NCBI GenBank assembly: GCA_046045965.1
Contig: JBJOKS010000046.1
Coordinates: 1 to 24,044, forward strand
Reading direction: 5' to 3'
Source of the DNA: Cyanobacteriota bacterium
GTDB taxonomy: Bacteria > Cyanobacteriota > Cyanobacteriia > Cyanobacteriales > Nostocaceae
Length of the DNA: 24,044 bases
The notes beneath the pieces are model-generated. The model was not told where the DNA came from. It saw only the letters and a program-made list of their open reading frames with translations, and ran no database searches. The position numbers were made by a program, and so were the translations under genes. Shown here in pieces: positions 14,937 to 24,044 of this stretch. Each line of letters opens with the position of its first letter. Position 1 is the stretch's first letter.

Positions 14937-16118
14937 TTAACCATTATTTTGACTAAAAGGTAACTCTGCATTAATCTCCTTCATTTCTTCCTCTTCCATT
15001 TGATTCACTTCTAGGATATAAGGACGCAAGATTTGTCCTAAACGATTATTGTAAAATCGGTGTAGACTGTAATTGGGTTTAGCTGGAAAACCGCGCCGTT
15101 TCTTATGTCTTCCTCCCGCACCGGGATCAAAAGTTTGGATACCGTGAGCGATCGCCCACTCAATCGGTGCATAATAGCAAGCATCAAAATGTAAGCAATC
15201 TATTTCTTGAAAACTACCCCAATAGCGTCCATATAACTTCTCATCCTTAAATAAACAAAACGACATTCCCACAGGTTGACGCTGATCTTCCTCATGATAA
15301 GCAGCGAAAAATACCACCCGATGACGATAATTATGGTAAAGTTGCTCAAAAAATCTCTTTGTTAGATACTTACTACCCCACCAACCAAACTTATCACAGG
15401 TATCAGCATAAAAGTCATACATCAACGGAAACAGCGACTTAGGAATATCTTCACCAGTCACTGCTTCCAGTCGTAAACCTGCCTTTTCTACAGCCTTGCG
15501 TTCTCGCTTAATATTGCGTCTTTGATTAGCATTGAATACTTTTAAATAATCATCAAAACTTTGAAAATCAGTATTTTCCCAAATATAGCTATGGTGTAAC
15601 CAACTCGTAAAACCTTGTTTTTCCAACACAGGCCGCCATTGGGGATCAAGATAGAGGAAATGACAACCAGAGATGCCATGATTGAGACAAAAAGCATCAA
15701 TTTCATGCACCATCATCGCCGTAATTTCTTCCTCGTCTTCCCCAGGAGCAATTAAAAAACGATAGCCTTCTGCCGGAGTAAATGGCGACATTCCCAACAA
15801 TTTGGGATAATACTCTACACCGATCCGAGAAGCTAAATCTGCCCACTGATGATCAAATACAAATTCCCCCTGACTATGCCCTTTTAGATAAAGTGGAGCC
15901 GCAGCAATTAAAGTTCTATCGCGCCACAGCGTCAAGTGATTTGGCAACCAACCTGCATTTGCTGTAGCACTATGGGAGGTTTCCATATTATTTAGCCAGT
16001 TCCACTCTAAGAAAGGTGTTTTCAGTGGTATAGCCAAAGCATCCCAAGCTGTTTGAGGAACTTCCGCCAGTTTATGAGTCCAAACTACAGAATAGTTAGA
16101 TTTGAGTTGTTTTACCAT
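14937..16118 (-). CDS. GNAT / FemAB-like protein (DUF482)
   Basis: APLYLKGHSQGEFVFDHQWA, YYPKLLGMSPFTP, LYGRYWG, LHFDACYY and FDPGAGGRHKKRRGF. Confidence 0.9.
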   Translation of the reverse strand: MVKQLKSNYSVVWTHKLAEVPQTAWDALAIPLKTPFLEWNWLNNMETSHSATANAGWLPNHLTLWRDRTLIAAAPLYLKGHSQGEFVFDHQWADLASRIGVEYYPKLLGMSPFTPAEGYRFLIAPGEDEEEITAMMVHEIDAFCLNHGISGCHFLYLDPQWRPVLEKQGFTSWLHHSYIWENTDFQSFDDYLKVFNANQRRNIKRERKAVEKAGLRLEAVTGEDIPKSLFPLMYDFYADTCDKFGWWGSKYLTKRFFEQLYHNYRHRVVFFAAYHEEDQRQPVGMSFCLFKDEKLYGRYWGSFQEIDCLHFDACYYAPIEWAIAHGIQTFDPGAGGRHKKRRGFPAKPNYSLHRFYNNRLGQILRPYILEVNQMEEEEMKEINAELPFSQNNG

Positions 16119-16151
16119 CGTGAAGCTGTAAATATCTACTTGTCAATTAGC

Positions 16152-16850
16152 CTAATCTAGAGAAACTGATCTTTGTAGCCGATAATGTAAAAATACTTCC
16201 TGTTCAACTGTAACAACTTCCAACAGCTGTAATCTGGGTGCTAAATTCGATAAAAATCCTTGTCCTTCTACTGGTGTGGGTGCAGCAGTACCACCCAAAA
16301 TTAAAGGACAAATAGTCAACCAGAATTCATCTATTAAATCAAATTCCAGTAAAGAAGCGACTAATTGACCACCACCTAACACAGCTAGACGTTTTATCTC
16401 TAGACTTCCTAAGTGTTGCCAAGCTGCACGAGTATCAATGTTTCCGCTTGGTGTTTCCATCACCAAAATTTGCTCAAATTCTGAACGTCCTTGCCAAAAA
16501 TTAGATCCTTCTCTAGTCGTCAGCAACCAGCGTTTAACAGGTTGTTGAAAGAATTTAATATCCGGATTCAGGTTTCCAGAACTCGAAAGCACTATATGAA
16601 CCGGCTGGAGAGATTTATTTTCTGTTTTTCTCTGTTGCAGCAATATTGGATGTGATACGGTAAGTGTTGTACCGTAGGCACGGAGAGTACCCGCACCAAA
16701 TAAAACGGCATCAGAGGCAGCGATTTGTTTTTCCAGGTGAGCTTTATCAGCCCCTGAGCCAAACCGAGCAGGCGATCGCACCACATCAGCTATTTTGCCA
16801 TCTGCACTCATGGCCAAAACCACTGTGGTATGAGGACGATGTTGCACCAT
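16152..16850 (-). CDS. RibD C-terminal reductase family protein
   Basis: LAMSADGKIA, DAVLFGAGTLR and VLGGGQLVASLLEFDLIDEFWLTICPLILGG. Confidence 0.9.
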   Translation of the reverse strand: MVQHRPHTTVVLAMSADGKIADVVRSPARFGSGADKAHLEKQIAASDAVLFGAGTLRAYGTTLTVSHPILLQQRKTENKSLQPVHIVLSSSGNLNPDIKFFQQPVKRWLLTTREGSNFWQGRSEFEQILVMETPSGNIDTRAAWQHLGSLEIKRLAVLGGGQLVASLLEFDLIDEFWLTICPLILGGTAAPTPVEGQGFLSNLAPRLQLLEVVTVEQEVFLHYRLQRSVSLD

Positions 16851-16937
16851 GTTTAATCAATTTCACCTCTGGATTAATATGCTACACCAATCATTACTAC
16901 ATCTACCATCTGAGAATTATACGAAGTGAGACACTCG

Positions 16938-18971
16938 ATGGCTAAGTCCCGTCAATCCTCCTTTCGACGAATTTTAGTAACCAGAATATTGCTGGTATTT
17001 GTCCCCGTTTTATTAATTGGGGAAATGGTAGCACTCAATAAGGCACGTTCCAGCCTTTTGAACACTGCTCGGCACAATTTAACAGACAGTGCTATCAATA
17101 AAGGCGAAAAAATAACTGATGCGATCGCCTCACTAAAAACAAATTTAATCAGTGCTAGTCAAACAAAAGCAATTCAGTCTGGTTCAGCAACTCAAGCTGA
17201 AAAATTTATCAATCAATTAGCCCAACAACTACCCAATCAAATTGATTGTATTCAACTTAAACGTCTCCGAAAAAGCAATCAGAAAAATCAGATCATTGCT
17301 AGTAGCTGTGGCGATAAAATCATTGTCGAACAGCCATTATCATTTACTAATGATGAAATTCAAATTACACCTATTTTACCGCCAAAATCAGGAATAACTG
17401 GTAAACGTAACCCAAATAATCAACTGCAATTACTGTTATCAACCCCAGTCTATAATCAACGGGGAAATTTAGCTTACGCCTTAACTATCAAAACTACATT
17501 ACACCGACAAACTCACAATAACCAAGGATATTTAATAGGTGCTTTGGTAGTCATTTCTGAAGATGGAACTATTTTGGCACACCCATCACCTGAAACAGTC
17601 GGAACTAATATTAAAAATTACTCAGATGCTCAACAACTACAAGGCGTAATTAAGAATGCTCTTCAGGGAAATAATGATTCTATCAATTGGAATTTCGGCA
17701 AAGGTAAAGAATCAGTTGCCGGCTATACAGCAATACCTAATCCCATTACACAACAGCAACAGCAAAAATGGATCATCTTGGCTGTTGTCAGTGTTAAAGA
17801 TGCGCTCTTGGGTTTAGATGAAATCAAACTCATCCTCATTGTCTTAACAGTTGGTTTAATCGGCGCGAGTTTGTTAGCATCTTTATATTTAGCACCCTAC
17901 TTAGCAAGTCCTGTAGAAGAACTCAGAGACTACGCTCTCAATATTCATAGTCACCATGCTGCACAACCCATACCCCGTAACTTTAAAATTCGGGAATTTA
18001 ACCAACTAGCTCAAGCACTAGATCAAATGGTTGAACGACTTAAAGCATGGGCTGAAGAACTAGAAATAGCCTGGAAAGAAGCCAAATCAGCCAACACCGT
18101 TAAAAGTCAGTTTTTAGCCACAACTTCCCATGAATTGAGAAACCCACTCAATATTATTATTAACTGTGTGCGTTTAGTTAGAGATGGTTTGTGTGATGAT
18201 CGAGAAGAAGAACTAGAATTTCTCCAACGAGCCGACGAAACAGCAATTCATTTATTAGGTATCATTAATGATTTACTCGATATTTCCAAAATTGAAGCAG
18301 GTAAGCTCTCTGTAGTTATTGCTCCTCTGGAATTGCGTCAATTGTTATTAGAAGTAATTAACTTGCAATCAGTTAATGTTCAACATAAAGGACTGCAATT
18401 AAAATGTGAAATAGGTAATGAACCAATACCAGTTAAAGCTGATGAGGTAAAACTCAAACAAGTCTTAATTAATATTATTGGCAATGCTACGAAATTTACT
18501 GATCAAGGTAGCATCATCATCAGTACCAAGATTCAGCAACACAATGGCAAATCTCATGTTATAGTCTCAGTTCAAGATACAGGTATAGGGATTGATCCTA
18601 CCCAGCAGCATAAACTATTCCGCCCCTTTGTCATGGTGGATGGAACAACTACACGCAAGTTTGAAGGTACAGGATTAGGATTGGCAATTTCCCGGAACTT
18701 AATCGAACTGATGGGGGGAAAAATTACCCTTGAGAGTTTGGGTTTACATCAAGGAACAACGGTAAAAATCATCTTACCTTTGATTGATATATCTTTATTA
18801 TCCGCCTCCAAGAAAAAAGAAGATGGAGGGAATAATGAACTAACATCTAATGCATCTAATCATGAACTCAAAGATATAATTTATCCTACATTGGAGAAAG
18901 AACAACCTGCGGAAATTGACAATTCTCTACAAGCAAATATCACTTCAGAAAAGCAGATACCCGCAAAATAA
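16938..18971 (+). CDS. Membrane sensor histidine kinase (Cache-HAMP-HisKA-HATPase)
   Basis: Two TM helices, Cache motif DGTILAHP, HAMP EFNQLAQALDQM, H-box SHELRNPL, N-box NIIGNATKFT, and G-boxes DTGIGI and GTGLGLAIS. The ATG at 16938 is preferred. Confidence 0.93.
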   Translation: MAKSRQSSFRRILVTRILLVFVPVLLIGEMVALNKARSSLLNTARHNLTDSAINKGEKITDAIASLKTNLISASQTKAIQSGSATQAEKFINQLAQQLPNQIDCIQLKRLRKSNQKNQIIASSCGDKIIVEQPLSFTNDEIQITPILPPKSGITGKRNPNNQLQLLLSTPVYNQRGNLAYALTIKTTLHRQTHNNQGYLIGALVVISEDGTILAHPSPETVGTNIKNYSDAQQLQGVIKNALQGNNDSINWNFGKGKESVAGYTAIPNPITQQQQQKWIILAVVSVKDALLGLDEIKLILIVLTVGLIGASLLASLYLAPYLASPVEELRDYALNIHSHHAAQPIPRNFKIREFNQLAQALDQMVERLKAWAEELEIAWKEAKSANTVKSQFLATTSHELRNPLNIIINCVRLVRDGLCDDREEELEFLQRADETAIHLLGIINDLLDISKIEAGKLSVVIAPLELRQLLLEVINLQSVNVQHKGLQLKCEIGNEPIPVKADEVKLKQVLINIIGNATKFTDQGSIIISTKIQQHNGKSHVIVSVQDTGIGIDPTQQHKLFRPFVMVDGTTTRKFEGTGLGLAISRNLIELMGGKITLESLGLHQGTTVKIILPLIDISLLSASKKKEDGGNNELTSNASNHELKDIIYPTLEKEQPAEIDNSLQANITSEKQIPAK

Positions 18972-19139
18972 ATAGATGATTACAACCAGGGTTAAAAATT
19001 GTTACTATTAGTAATGAACTATTTTAGTCACACATCTGAATAAATTCAACTTTATCTTTACTTTTACCAAAGAGACTTTTCTTTTTGTGGGTTTTTCACC
19101 ACTGACAAGATTGTTTTAAGTCTATTCGGTTAAGCTATA

Positions 19140-19168
19140 TTTATACCGGAAGCAGCAGAAATTGTCAA
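19140..19168 (-). promoter_or_regulatory. Near-consensus sigma70-type promoter on the minus strand
   Basis: Minus strand TTGACA (19168-19163), 17-bp spacer, TATAAA (19145-19140). Confidence 0.6.
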
Positions 19169-19169
19169 G

Positions 19170-19266
19170 TAATGCCTCTAAAGAGGCTTTGCGATCGCCT
19201 ACATCCACCGTCTGAAGCACAATAAAATATCGGAGCGTGGTTTTGGCTCGCTCGATTTCTTTATAA
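19170..19266 (-). mobile_element. IS200/IS605-family (IS609/IS1341-like) left-end remnant
   Basis: Minus strand reads TTAT|AAAGAAATCGAGCGAGCCAAAACCACG...CTTCAGACGGTGGATGTAGGCGATCGCAAAGCCTCTTTAGAGGC. From memory this resembles IS605-type left ends (TTAT target, AAAACC...CTTCAG..GG.GGAT.TA.GGCG hairpin). No tnpA or tnpB ORF is present. Confidence 0.55.
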
Positions 19267-19334
19267 AAAAAATAACATTAATCCAGATTACTGTTATACT
19301 AACTCAGTAATATAGCAGTATATATTCAATTCAA

Positions 19335-19348
19335 GTAACTAAAGTTAC
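19335..19348 (+). promoter_or_regulatory. Putative NtcA box upstream of the PstS-like/DUF4912 gene
   Basis: Palindromic GTAACTAAAGTTAC (GTA-N8-TAC) followed 23 nt later by TATAAAT, close to NtcA class II promoter geometry. Confidence 0.55.
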
Positions 19349-19456
19349 CAAGCTTAAGCATAACAAGGCTGTATAAATAGCCAGTCTCCTCTATAAAAAA
19401 GAACATCTTGAGAACTGTCCCACTTAACAATTTATTTCACCTTAACTAAGGGGCGT

Positions 19457-22400
19457 ATGTGGAAACAAGAGAAAAATGATGGTATAATCCTTCAAATGGC
19501 CTTATCACTGGCCTTAGCTACCACCCCACTGGCAGCAAATTTATTGGTATCAGTGCCTGTAATAGCAGAATCAAAATCTGATGTGTTCACTTTCCCACTA
19601 CCGCAAACAGTGGAAAGTGGAACCAAAGTGCGGATTGATGGTTCCATGAGTTTGATAATGATCAACCAAAGCCTGAAAGATGGCTTTGAGAAACAGTTTG
19701 CTGGTACACAAGTAGAAATTGGGGTTAATGGTACTGATGCGGCACTCAAAGCCTTACTAGATGGCAAAATTGAGATAGCAGCGATCGCTCGTGGACTAAC
19801 CCCAGAAGAAAAATCCCAAGGTCTAGAACAAGTTCTTCTAAGCAGAGAAAAAATTGCCATCATTGTGGGTGCAAACAATCCTTTTCAGGGTAGTTTGACG
19901 AGTGAACAATTTGCCAAAATTTTCCGGGGTGAAATTACCGACTGGTCAGAACTAGGAAGTTCATCTGGTAAAATTCGGTTGGTTGATCGTCCCTCAAGCA
20001 GCGATACTCGTAATTCTTTGCGTGATTATCCAGTCTTTAAATCCGCTGAATTTTCCACTGGTGCTAACGCAACTCAAATAGCTGAAGATAAAACTGCCCA
20101 AATTATCCAAGAATTAGGCACAGACGGCATCAGTTATGCCATAGCTAATCAAGTATCAAAGCTACCAGATGTGCGAACTCTCAAAGTTCAAGGAATCGCA
20201 CCAGATAATGCTAAATATCCCTTTTCCCAGCCTTTAGTTTACGTTTACAAGCAAAATCCTAGCCCAGCAGTAGCTAGTTTTCTAGATTTTACCAACGCAC
20301 CTGTAGGACAGCAAGCAATAGAAACGGCTAGAGATGCAGAAGCATCTGCGATCGCAGCCAGTGCATTGCAGAATTTTACTCCCGAAACTCAACCTGTACC
20401 AACTACCGCATCCTCTGATACTCCAACTGTAGCAACTGCTTTACAATCAGAAACTTCACCTCCTACAAATAATTCCGCTAATCAGCAACTTGTAAATCCT
20501 GTTGAAGATAAAAATACAGTATTTTTGATTGTCTTGTCTTTATTGCCAATTGTCGGGTTAGGAGGCTTTTTTGCTTGGTGGTTGAAGAGAAAACAACAAT
20601 CAGCAGATGAAAAAATAGCTCCCTTAGAAACACCAACTACCAGCCCATCAATTACAGAAACAATACTAACAATACCCGACGAATACACCATTACTTCCCC
20701 TGTTAATAACCCTACATTTACTAACGGAACATCTCACTCCCATCAAAACCCAGCCTCAAGCATATCCAATACCGATAAAAATCTCTCTTTAACAGCCACA
20801 GAAACCTTAGTTGGCAGTTTAAAATCAGTAACAGCCAGAGCCACAAAAACAGCAACAGAAGTTGCAAATTATCTGGATATTGCTAATCAAACAATTGCCC
20901 TAGATTGTGGCGAAGTGGTATGGGATACAGAAGCACCAGTCGCTGTTGTTAATACTCCCTATCCCTCAGTTCCAAATCTTTCAGCACTAGCATTCAATCA
21001 GGTAGAACTTCCAACAGATGACTTAACATTTTCTCTGTCTGAATTACTAGATGAACAAGCAGAATTATCTGCTCAAAAAGCCACTATTTCCCTTCTAGAA
21101 CTCCCTGAAAATCCCATAGAATCATCCTCTCAGGACTCTACCACATCCCTATCAGAATTACTCTACGAAACAGCAGATTTATCTGCTCAGAACTCTACTA
21201 ATTCCCTTCTGGAATTCCTAGAAAATCCCATAAAATCATCCTCTCAGGATTCCACCACATCCCTATCAGAATTACTCTACGAAACAGCAGAGTTATCTGC
21301 TCAAGATTCCACCACTGTCCTATCAGAATTACTTGATGAAACAGCAGAGTTATCTGCTCAAGATTCCACCACATCCCTATCAGAATTACTCGATGAAACA
21401 GCAGAGTTATCTGCTCAAGATTCCACCACTTCCCTATCAAAATTACTCGGTATAACCGCAGAGTCATCCTCTCAGTATTCCACCACATCCCTATCAGAAT
21501 TACTCGATGTGCTGGTAACTTCAGCCGATGCTAATCTCAACAGTTCATTGTTAAAATCACCAACTGTTTCTACAGCAAATTCTCATCAAGAATCCATCAC
21601 TTCACTCTCAGAATTACTGGGTTTAGAACCAAAAGAAGAAGAAGGATTAGATGTAGAACCGCCTACAGATGAAGTCAAAAATTCACCCCCTGATTTATCA
21701 AATGAGCTAGGAGAAATATTCAATACCTTAGTAGATGAGGCTGAACTCAAGGCTGATTTGGCAGAAGAATTATCTCTCGAATTGCCTATTCCATCTCATC
21801 TTCCAGAAGCAATAATTAATTATGCATCTGCGGAGATACACGCAAAAACAAAAAGCATAGTTACTACCGATAGCATTCCAGAACATTCACTATTAAATTC
21901 AAAGGCAGAAACTCAAGCGACAGAAGTTGTTAGTTTGTTAGATATAAGTGGAGATAGCAGCATTGTCTTCACACCTCGCACTCCCAAGTGGGCTTATGTT
22001 TCTTGGTATGTTTCTGAGACTCAGAAAGAAGCAGCAAGAAAAATCGGAGGTAATATTCTGGCAGTACGACTTTATGATGCTACCGATATTGATCTCAGTT
22101 ATCAAATTCCCCAGTTAGTTCAGCAGTATGAATGTGAGGAAATCATATGTGATTGTTATGTAGCTATTCCCACAAGCAATCGTGACTACATGACTGAAAT
22201 TGGTTATCTCACTAATAATAATACTTGGTTATGTATAGCTCGTTCTGGGACAATTCGGATCTTTAATCGTCCTGGTACAGACTTTTGGTTTGTAGCAGAT
22301 ACTGAGTTAGTTATTCATGGTTCAACAGAACCTGGTGCAACCGTAACCATTGGTGATCATAGGGTTAAACTCCAATCTGATGGTACTTTCCATTTGCGTG

Positions 22401-22510
22401 TTCCCTTTTCAGATAGATTATTTAACTATCTCATGACAGCCACTGCTGCTGATGGAGAACATAGTATAACTATCCTGAAGAAATTCTTCCAGGAAAGTTC
22501 AGAGAATTAA
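19457..22510 (+). CDS. PstS-like substrate-binding domain + TM + acidic repeats + DUF4912 fusion protein
   Basis: Signal peptide; PBP motifs VRIDGS, IAAIARGLTPEE, IAIIVGANNP, IFRGEITDWSELG and YPFSQPLVYVY; TM VFLIVLSLLPIVGLGGFFAWW; C-terminal PRTPKWAYVSW...RLYD...EIGY...IARS (DUF4912-like) and ELVIHGSTEPGATVTIG...DGTF. Confidence 0.85.
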   Translation: MWKQEKNDGIILQMALSLALATTPLAANLLVSVPVIAESKSDVFTFPLPQTVESGTKVRIDGSMSLIMINQSLKDGFEKQFAGTQVEIGVNGTDAALKALLDGKIEIAAIARGLTPEEKSQGLEQVLLSREKIAIIVGANNPFQGSLTSEQFAKIFRGEITDWSELGSSSGKIRLVDRPSSSDTRNSLRDYPVFKSAEFSTGANATQIAEDKTAQIIQELGTDGISYAIANQVSKLPDVRTLKVQGIAPDNAKYPFSQPLVYVYKQNPSPAVASFLDFTNAPVGQQAIETARDAEASAIAASALQNFTPETQPVPTTASSDTPTVATALQSETSPPTNNSANQQLVNPVEDKNTVFLIVLSLLPIVGLGGFFAWWLKRKQQSADEKIAPLETPTTSPSITETILTIPDEYTITSPVNNPTFTNGTSHSHQNPASSISNTDKNLSLTATETLVGSLKSVTARATKTATEVANYLDIANQTIALDCGEVVWDTEAPVAVVNTPYPSVPNLSALAFNQVELPTDDLTFSLSELLDEQAELSAQKATISLLELPENPIESSSQDSTTSLSELLYETADLSAQNSTNSLLEFLENPIKSSSQDSTTSLSELLYETAELSAQDSTTVLSELLDETAELSAQDSTTSLSELLDETAELSAQDSTTSLSKLLGITAESSSQYSTTSLSELLDVLVTSADANLNSSLLKSPTVSTANSHQESITSLSELLGLEPKEEEGLDVEPPTDEVKNSPPDLSNELGEIFNTLVDEAELKADLAEELSLELPIPSHLPEAIINYASAEIHAKTKSIVTTDSIPEHSLLNSKAETQATEVVSLLDISGDSSIVFTPRTPKWAYVSWYVSETQKEAARKIGGNILAVRLYDATDIDLSYQIPQLVQQYECEEIICDCYVAIPTSNRDYMTEIGYLTNNNTWLCIARSGTIRIFNRPGTDFWFVADTELVIHGSTEPGATVTIGDHRVKLQSDGTFHLRVPFSDRLFNYLMTATAADGEHSITILKKFFQESSEN
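21030..21620 (+). repeat. 57-bp (19-aa) coding tandem repeat
   Basis: A TCAGAATTACT-like anchor recurs at 21038, 21152, 21266, 21323, 21380, 21437, 21494 and 21608 (multiples of 57). The unit is about SAQDSTTSLSELLDETAEL. Confidence 0.92.
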
Positions 22511-22546
22511 AATCAAATATTAATTATTTAGTTAGAAATTTTTCAG

Positions 22547-22574
22547 GAGTGATTATTGCTGTTGCTAATCACTC
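22547..22574. terminator. Putative bidirectional terminator hairpin between convergent genes
   Basis: GAGTGATTA-N10-TAATCACTC perfect 9-bp stem, followed by TTATATTT. Confidence 0.55.
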
Positions 22575-22670
22575 TTATATTTCTCGTATTGAATTTTTAA
22601 TTCAATCAACACCCGCGGCGTAGCGTCCCAGAGGAAATTTATGATTCTTAACTTGATTAGGCTGCATTGC

Positions 22671-23537
22671 TTAAATCATTCTCATACTCAAATCTAACCA
22701 CCTCGACTGTGTAATTGGCGCACTACTAGAAATATAATCAACTCCTGTTTCTGCTATAGCGAGAATTGTTTCTAAAGTAACATTTCCTGAAGCTTCAATC
22801 TTTACCCGGCTATCCTGTTCACGAATCAACCCCACAGCCTCAGCCATAATTGTTAAAGGCATATTATCCAACATAATAATGTCGGCTTGATACTCTAACG
22901 CCTCTTGTACCTGTTCTAAACTTTCTGTTTCCACTTCAATAGTTAGAGGATAAGGAATCTGCGAACGAATACGGCTAACCGCTTTTCCAATACCTCCAGC
23001 CGCCGCAATATGATTATCCTTAATCATCACCGCATCATCTAACCCCATACGGTGATTAATAGCACCACCTACAGCAGTTGCGTACTTTTCCAAGATTCTC
23101 AACCCTGGTGTAGTTTTGCGCGTATCTACAAACTTTGTGGGTAAATCTGCTATTTTCTCCACATATATATTAGTCAGAGTTGCAATTCCACTTAACCGCA
23201 TCGCCAAATTTAGTGCCACCCGTTCCCCCATCAACAGCGCATCTAAAGCACCATTAATTTCTGCTACCACTTCTCCCGGTTCACATTTTGCACCTTCAGA
23301 CTTTACAGCTACAAAGCCCACTTTATGATTCAACAACTCAAACACCCTGGCTGCAACTGGTAAGCCAGCAATTATTCCTGGTGCTTTCGCTACCCACTTC
23401 GCCTGTCCTATCGTCCCATTTTGGGATAAAAGAGATTGAGTAGTGCGATCGCCTCTACCAATATCCTCCAATAACCAACTTTGCAATAATTGATCCAGCA
23501 CCAAAAACGGTGGTAGTACAGCCACGGAACTTTTCAT
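22671..23537 (-). CDS. nadC: Nicotinate-nucleotide diphosphorylase (carboxylating)
   Basis: WLLEDIGRGDRTT, ERVALN, DTRKTTPGLR, HRMGLDDAVMIKDNH, EVETE, IMLDNM and EASGNV. Start at 23537 (alternatives up to 23567). Confidence 0.96.
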   Translation of the reverse strand: MKSSVAVLPPFLVLDQLLQSWLLEDIGRGDRTTQSLLSQNGTIGQAKWVAKAPGIIAGLPVAARVFELLNHKVGFVAVKSEGAKCEPGEVVAEINGALDALLMGERVALNLAMRLSGIATLTNIYVEKIADLPTKFVDTRKTTPGLRILEKYATAVGGAINHRMGLDDAVMIKDNHIAAAGGIGKAVSRIRSQIPYPLTIEVETESLEQVQEALEYQADIIMLDNMPLTIMAEAVGLIREQDSRVKIEASGNVTLETILAIAETGVDYISSSAPITQSRWLDLSMRMI

Positions 23538-23918
23538 CTGATTTCTTACCTCTGGCATTGAGATCAAATTCTTCTATGTCTACTCAATCAACCCTATCAA
23601 CAATTGTTTCATGTCCTGCAAGCGATCACAGAAATTCCAGAGTTAGAAATCAACAAACTCAGCAGTCTATTTTATATAGATAATTCCGGCACTGAGTTCA
23701 CCAAATCCTTTTGTCTACGCAACGAGTTTATCGCCGCATACAGTGCCTTACTATTCAAAATGCTGATTGCTAAATCCAAGCTGCTTTGTTTACTGCAACG
23801 GTTTTTATCCCAAGCCACGGGAAAAATCATTCTTACAGGCTTATAAGTCCATCTGGATTCATGCCCATTTACTAATCTTAGTCCACTAAACTCTTACCCC
23901 ATAAGGATTTTGACTCAA

Positions 23919-23983
23919 TTAAAAAAATTTTCCCCAAAAACTTTGAAAAAGTAGTTGACATTCAAAAGGAGGTTCGCTATATT
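23919..23983 (+). promoter_or_regulatory. Strong sigma70 promoter with UP-like A/T tracts, probable rRNA operon promoter
   Basis: TTGACA (23955-60), 17 bp, TATATT (23978-83), with A/T tracts upstream. Confidence 0.8.
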
Positions 23984-23989
23984 GAATAA

Positions 23990-24044
23990 GTGCCTGAGAG
24001 AGAGCCGCGAGAGAGCGGGACTCGGAGGGACACCGAACCTTGAA
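23990..24044 (+). other. Probable rRNA operon 5' leader (boxB-like hairpin and boxA), running off the window
   Basis: GC-rich hairpin (GTGCC...CCGC-gagaga-GCGG...GGACAC) followed by GAACCTTGAA, a cyanobacterial boxA-like antiterminator. The 16S gene itself is not in the window. Confidence 0.7.

Noticed and set aside
19421..19448. Pho box (CTTAAC repeats) upstream of the PstS-like gene
   Set aside because: The two CTTAAC copies are 18 bp apart, not the 11-bp-period triple repeat expected.
21030..21620. Regular repeats as a possible CRISPR array
   Set aside because: Contiguous in-frame 57-bp units with no unique spacers, inside a CDS, and no cas genes.
22610..22636. GC-rich fragment CCCGCGGCGTAGCGTCCCAGAGG as a small dispersed repeat
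   Set aside because: It resembles short cyanobacterial repeats but is too short and degenerate to call from a single copy.
23604..23846. 80-aa ORF between nadC and the rRNA-type promoter
   Set aside because: TTG start, no RBS and no recognisable motif; cannot be supported without homology data.
23990..24044. 16S rRNA or tRNA gene at the window end
   Set aside because: Only promoter and leader-like sequence is present; no mature rRNA or tRNA sequence lies within the window.

Overview
24 kb chromosomal window from a heterocyst-forming cyanobacterium (Nostocales-like), judged from HIP1 GCGATCGC octamers, STRR heptamer repeats, psb32, nifJ and NtcA-type boxes. The left part (1 to about 10.6 kb) is AT-rich, HIP1-poor and accessory-like. 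It holds the 3' part of a tyrosine recombinase whose stop codon lies about 6 bp from the break point of a truncated CbbX/SpoVK-type AAA+ ATPase gene, a stand-alone condensation/PapA5-like acyltransferase, nifJ (PFOR), two four-hairpin mobile-type repeats, and a 650-aa Tat-signal protein with three internal 72-aa repeats and a long Gly/Ala hydrophobic region. The right part is mostly housekeeping: a Pmp3/YqaE gene missed by the ORF track, SUI1, a His-degenerate HupE/UreJ, surE, psb32, DUF4346, a GNAT/FemAB-like protein, RibD-C, a histidine kinase, a PstS-like/TM/57-bp-repeat/DUF4912 fusion and nadC. The window ends in a probable rRNA operon promoter and leader. An IS605-family left-end remnant with a near-consensus promoter driving a possible ~70-nt hairpin RNA lies at about 19.07-19.27 kb. 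No CRISPR array or tRNA was seen. All family calls come from motif recognition by eye, not database searches. No new system is proven; the best leads are the integrase/AAA junction, the Tat repeat protein and the IS-end promoter/hairpin RNA.
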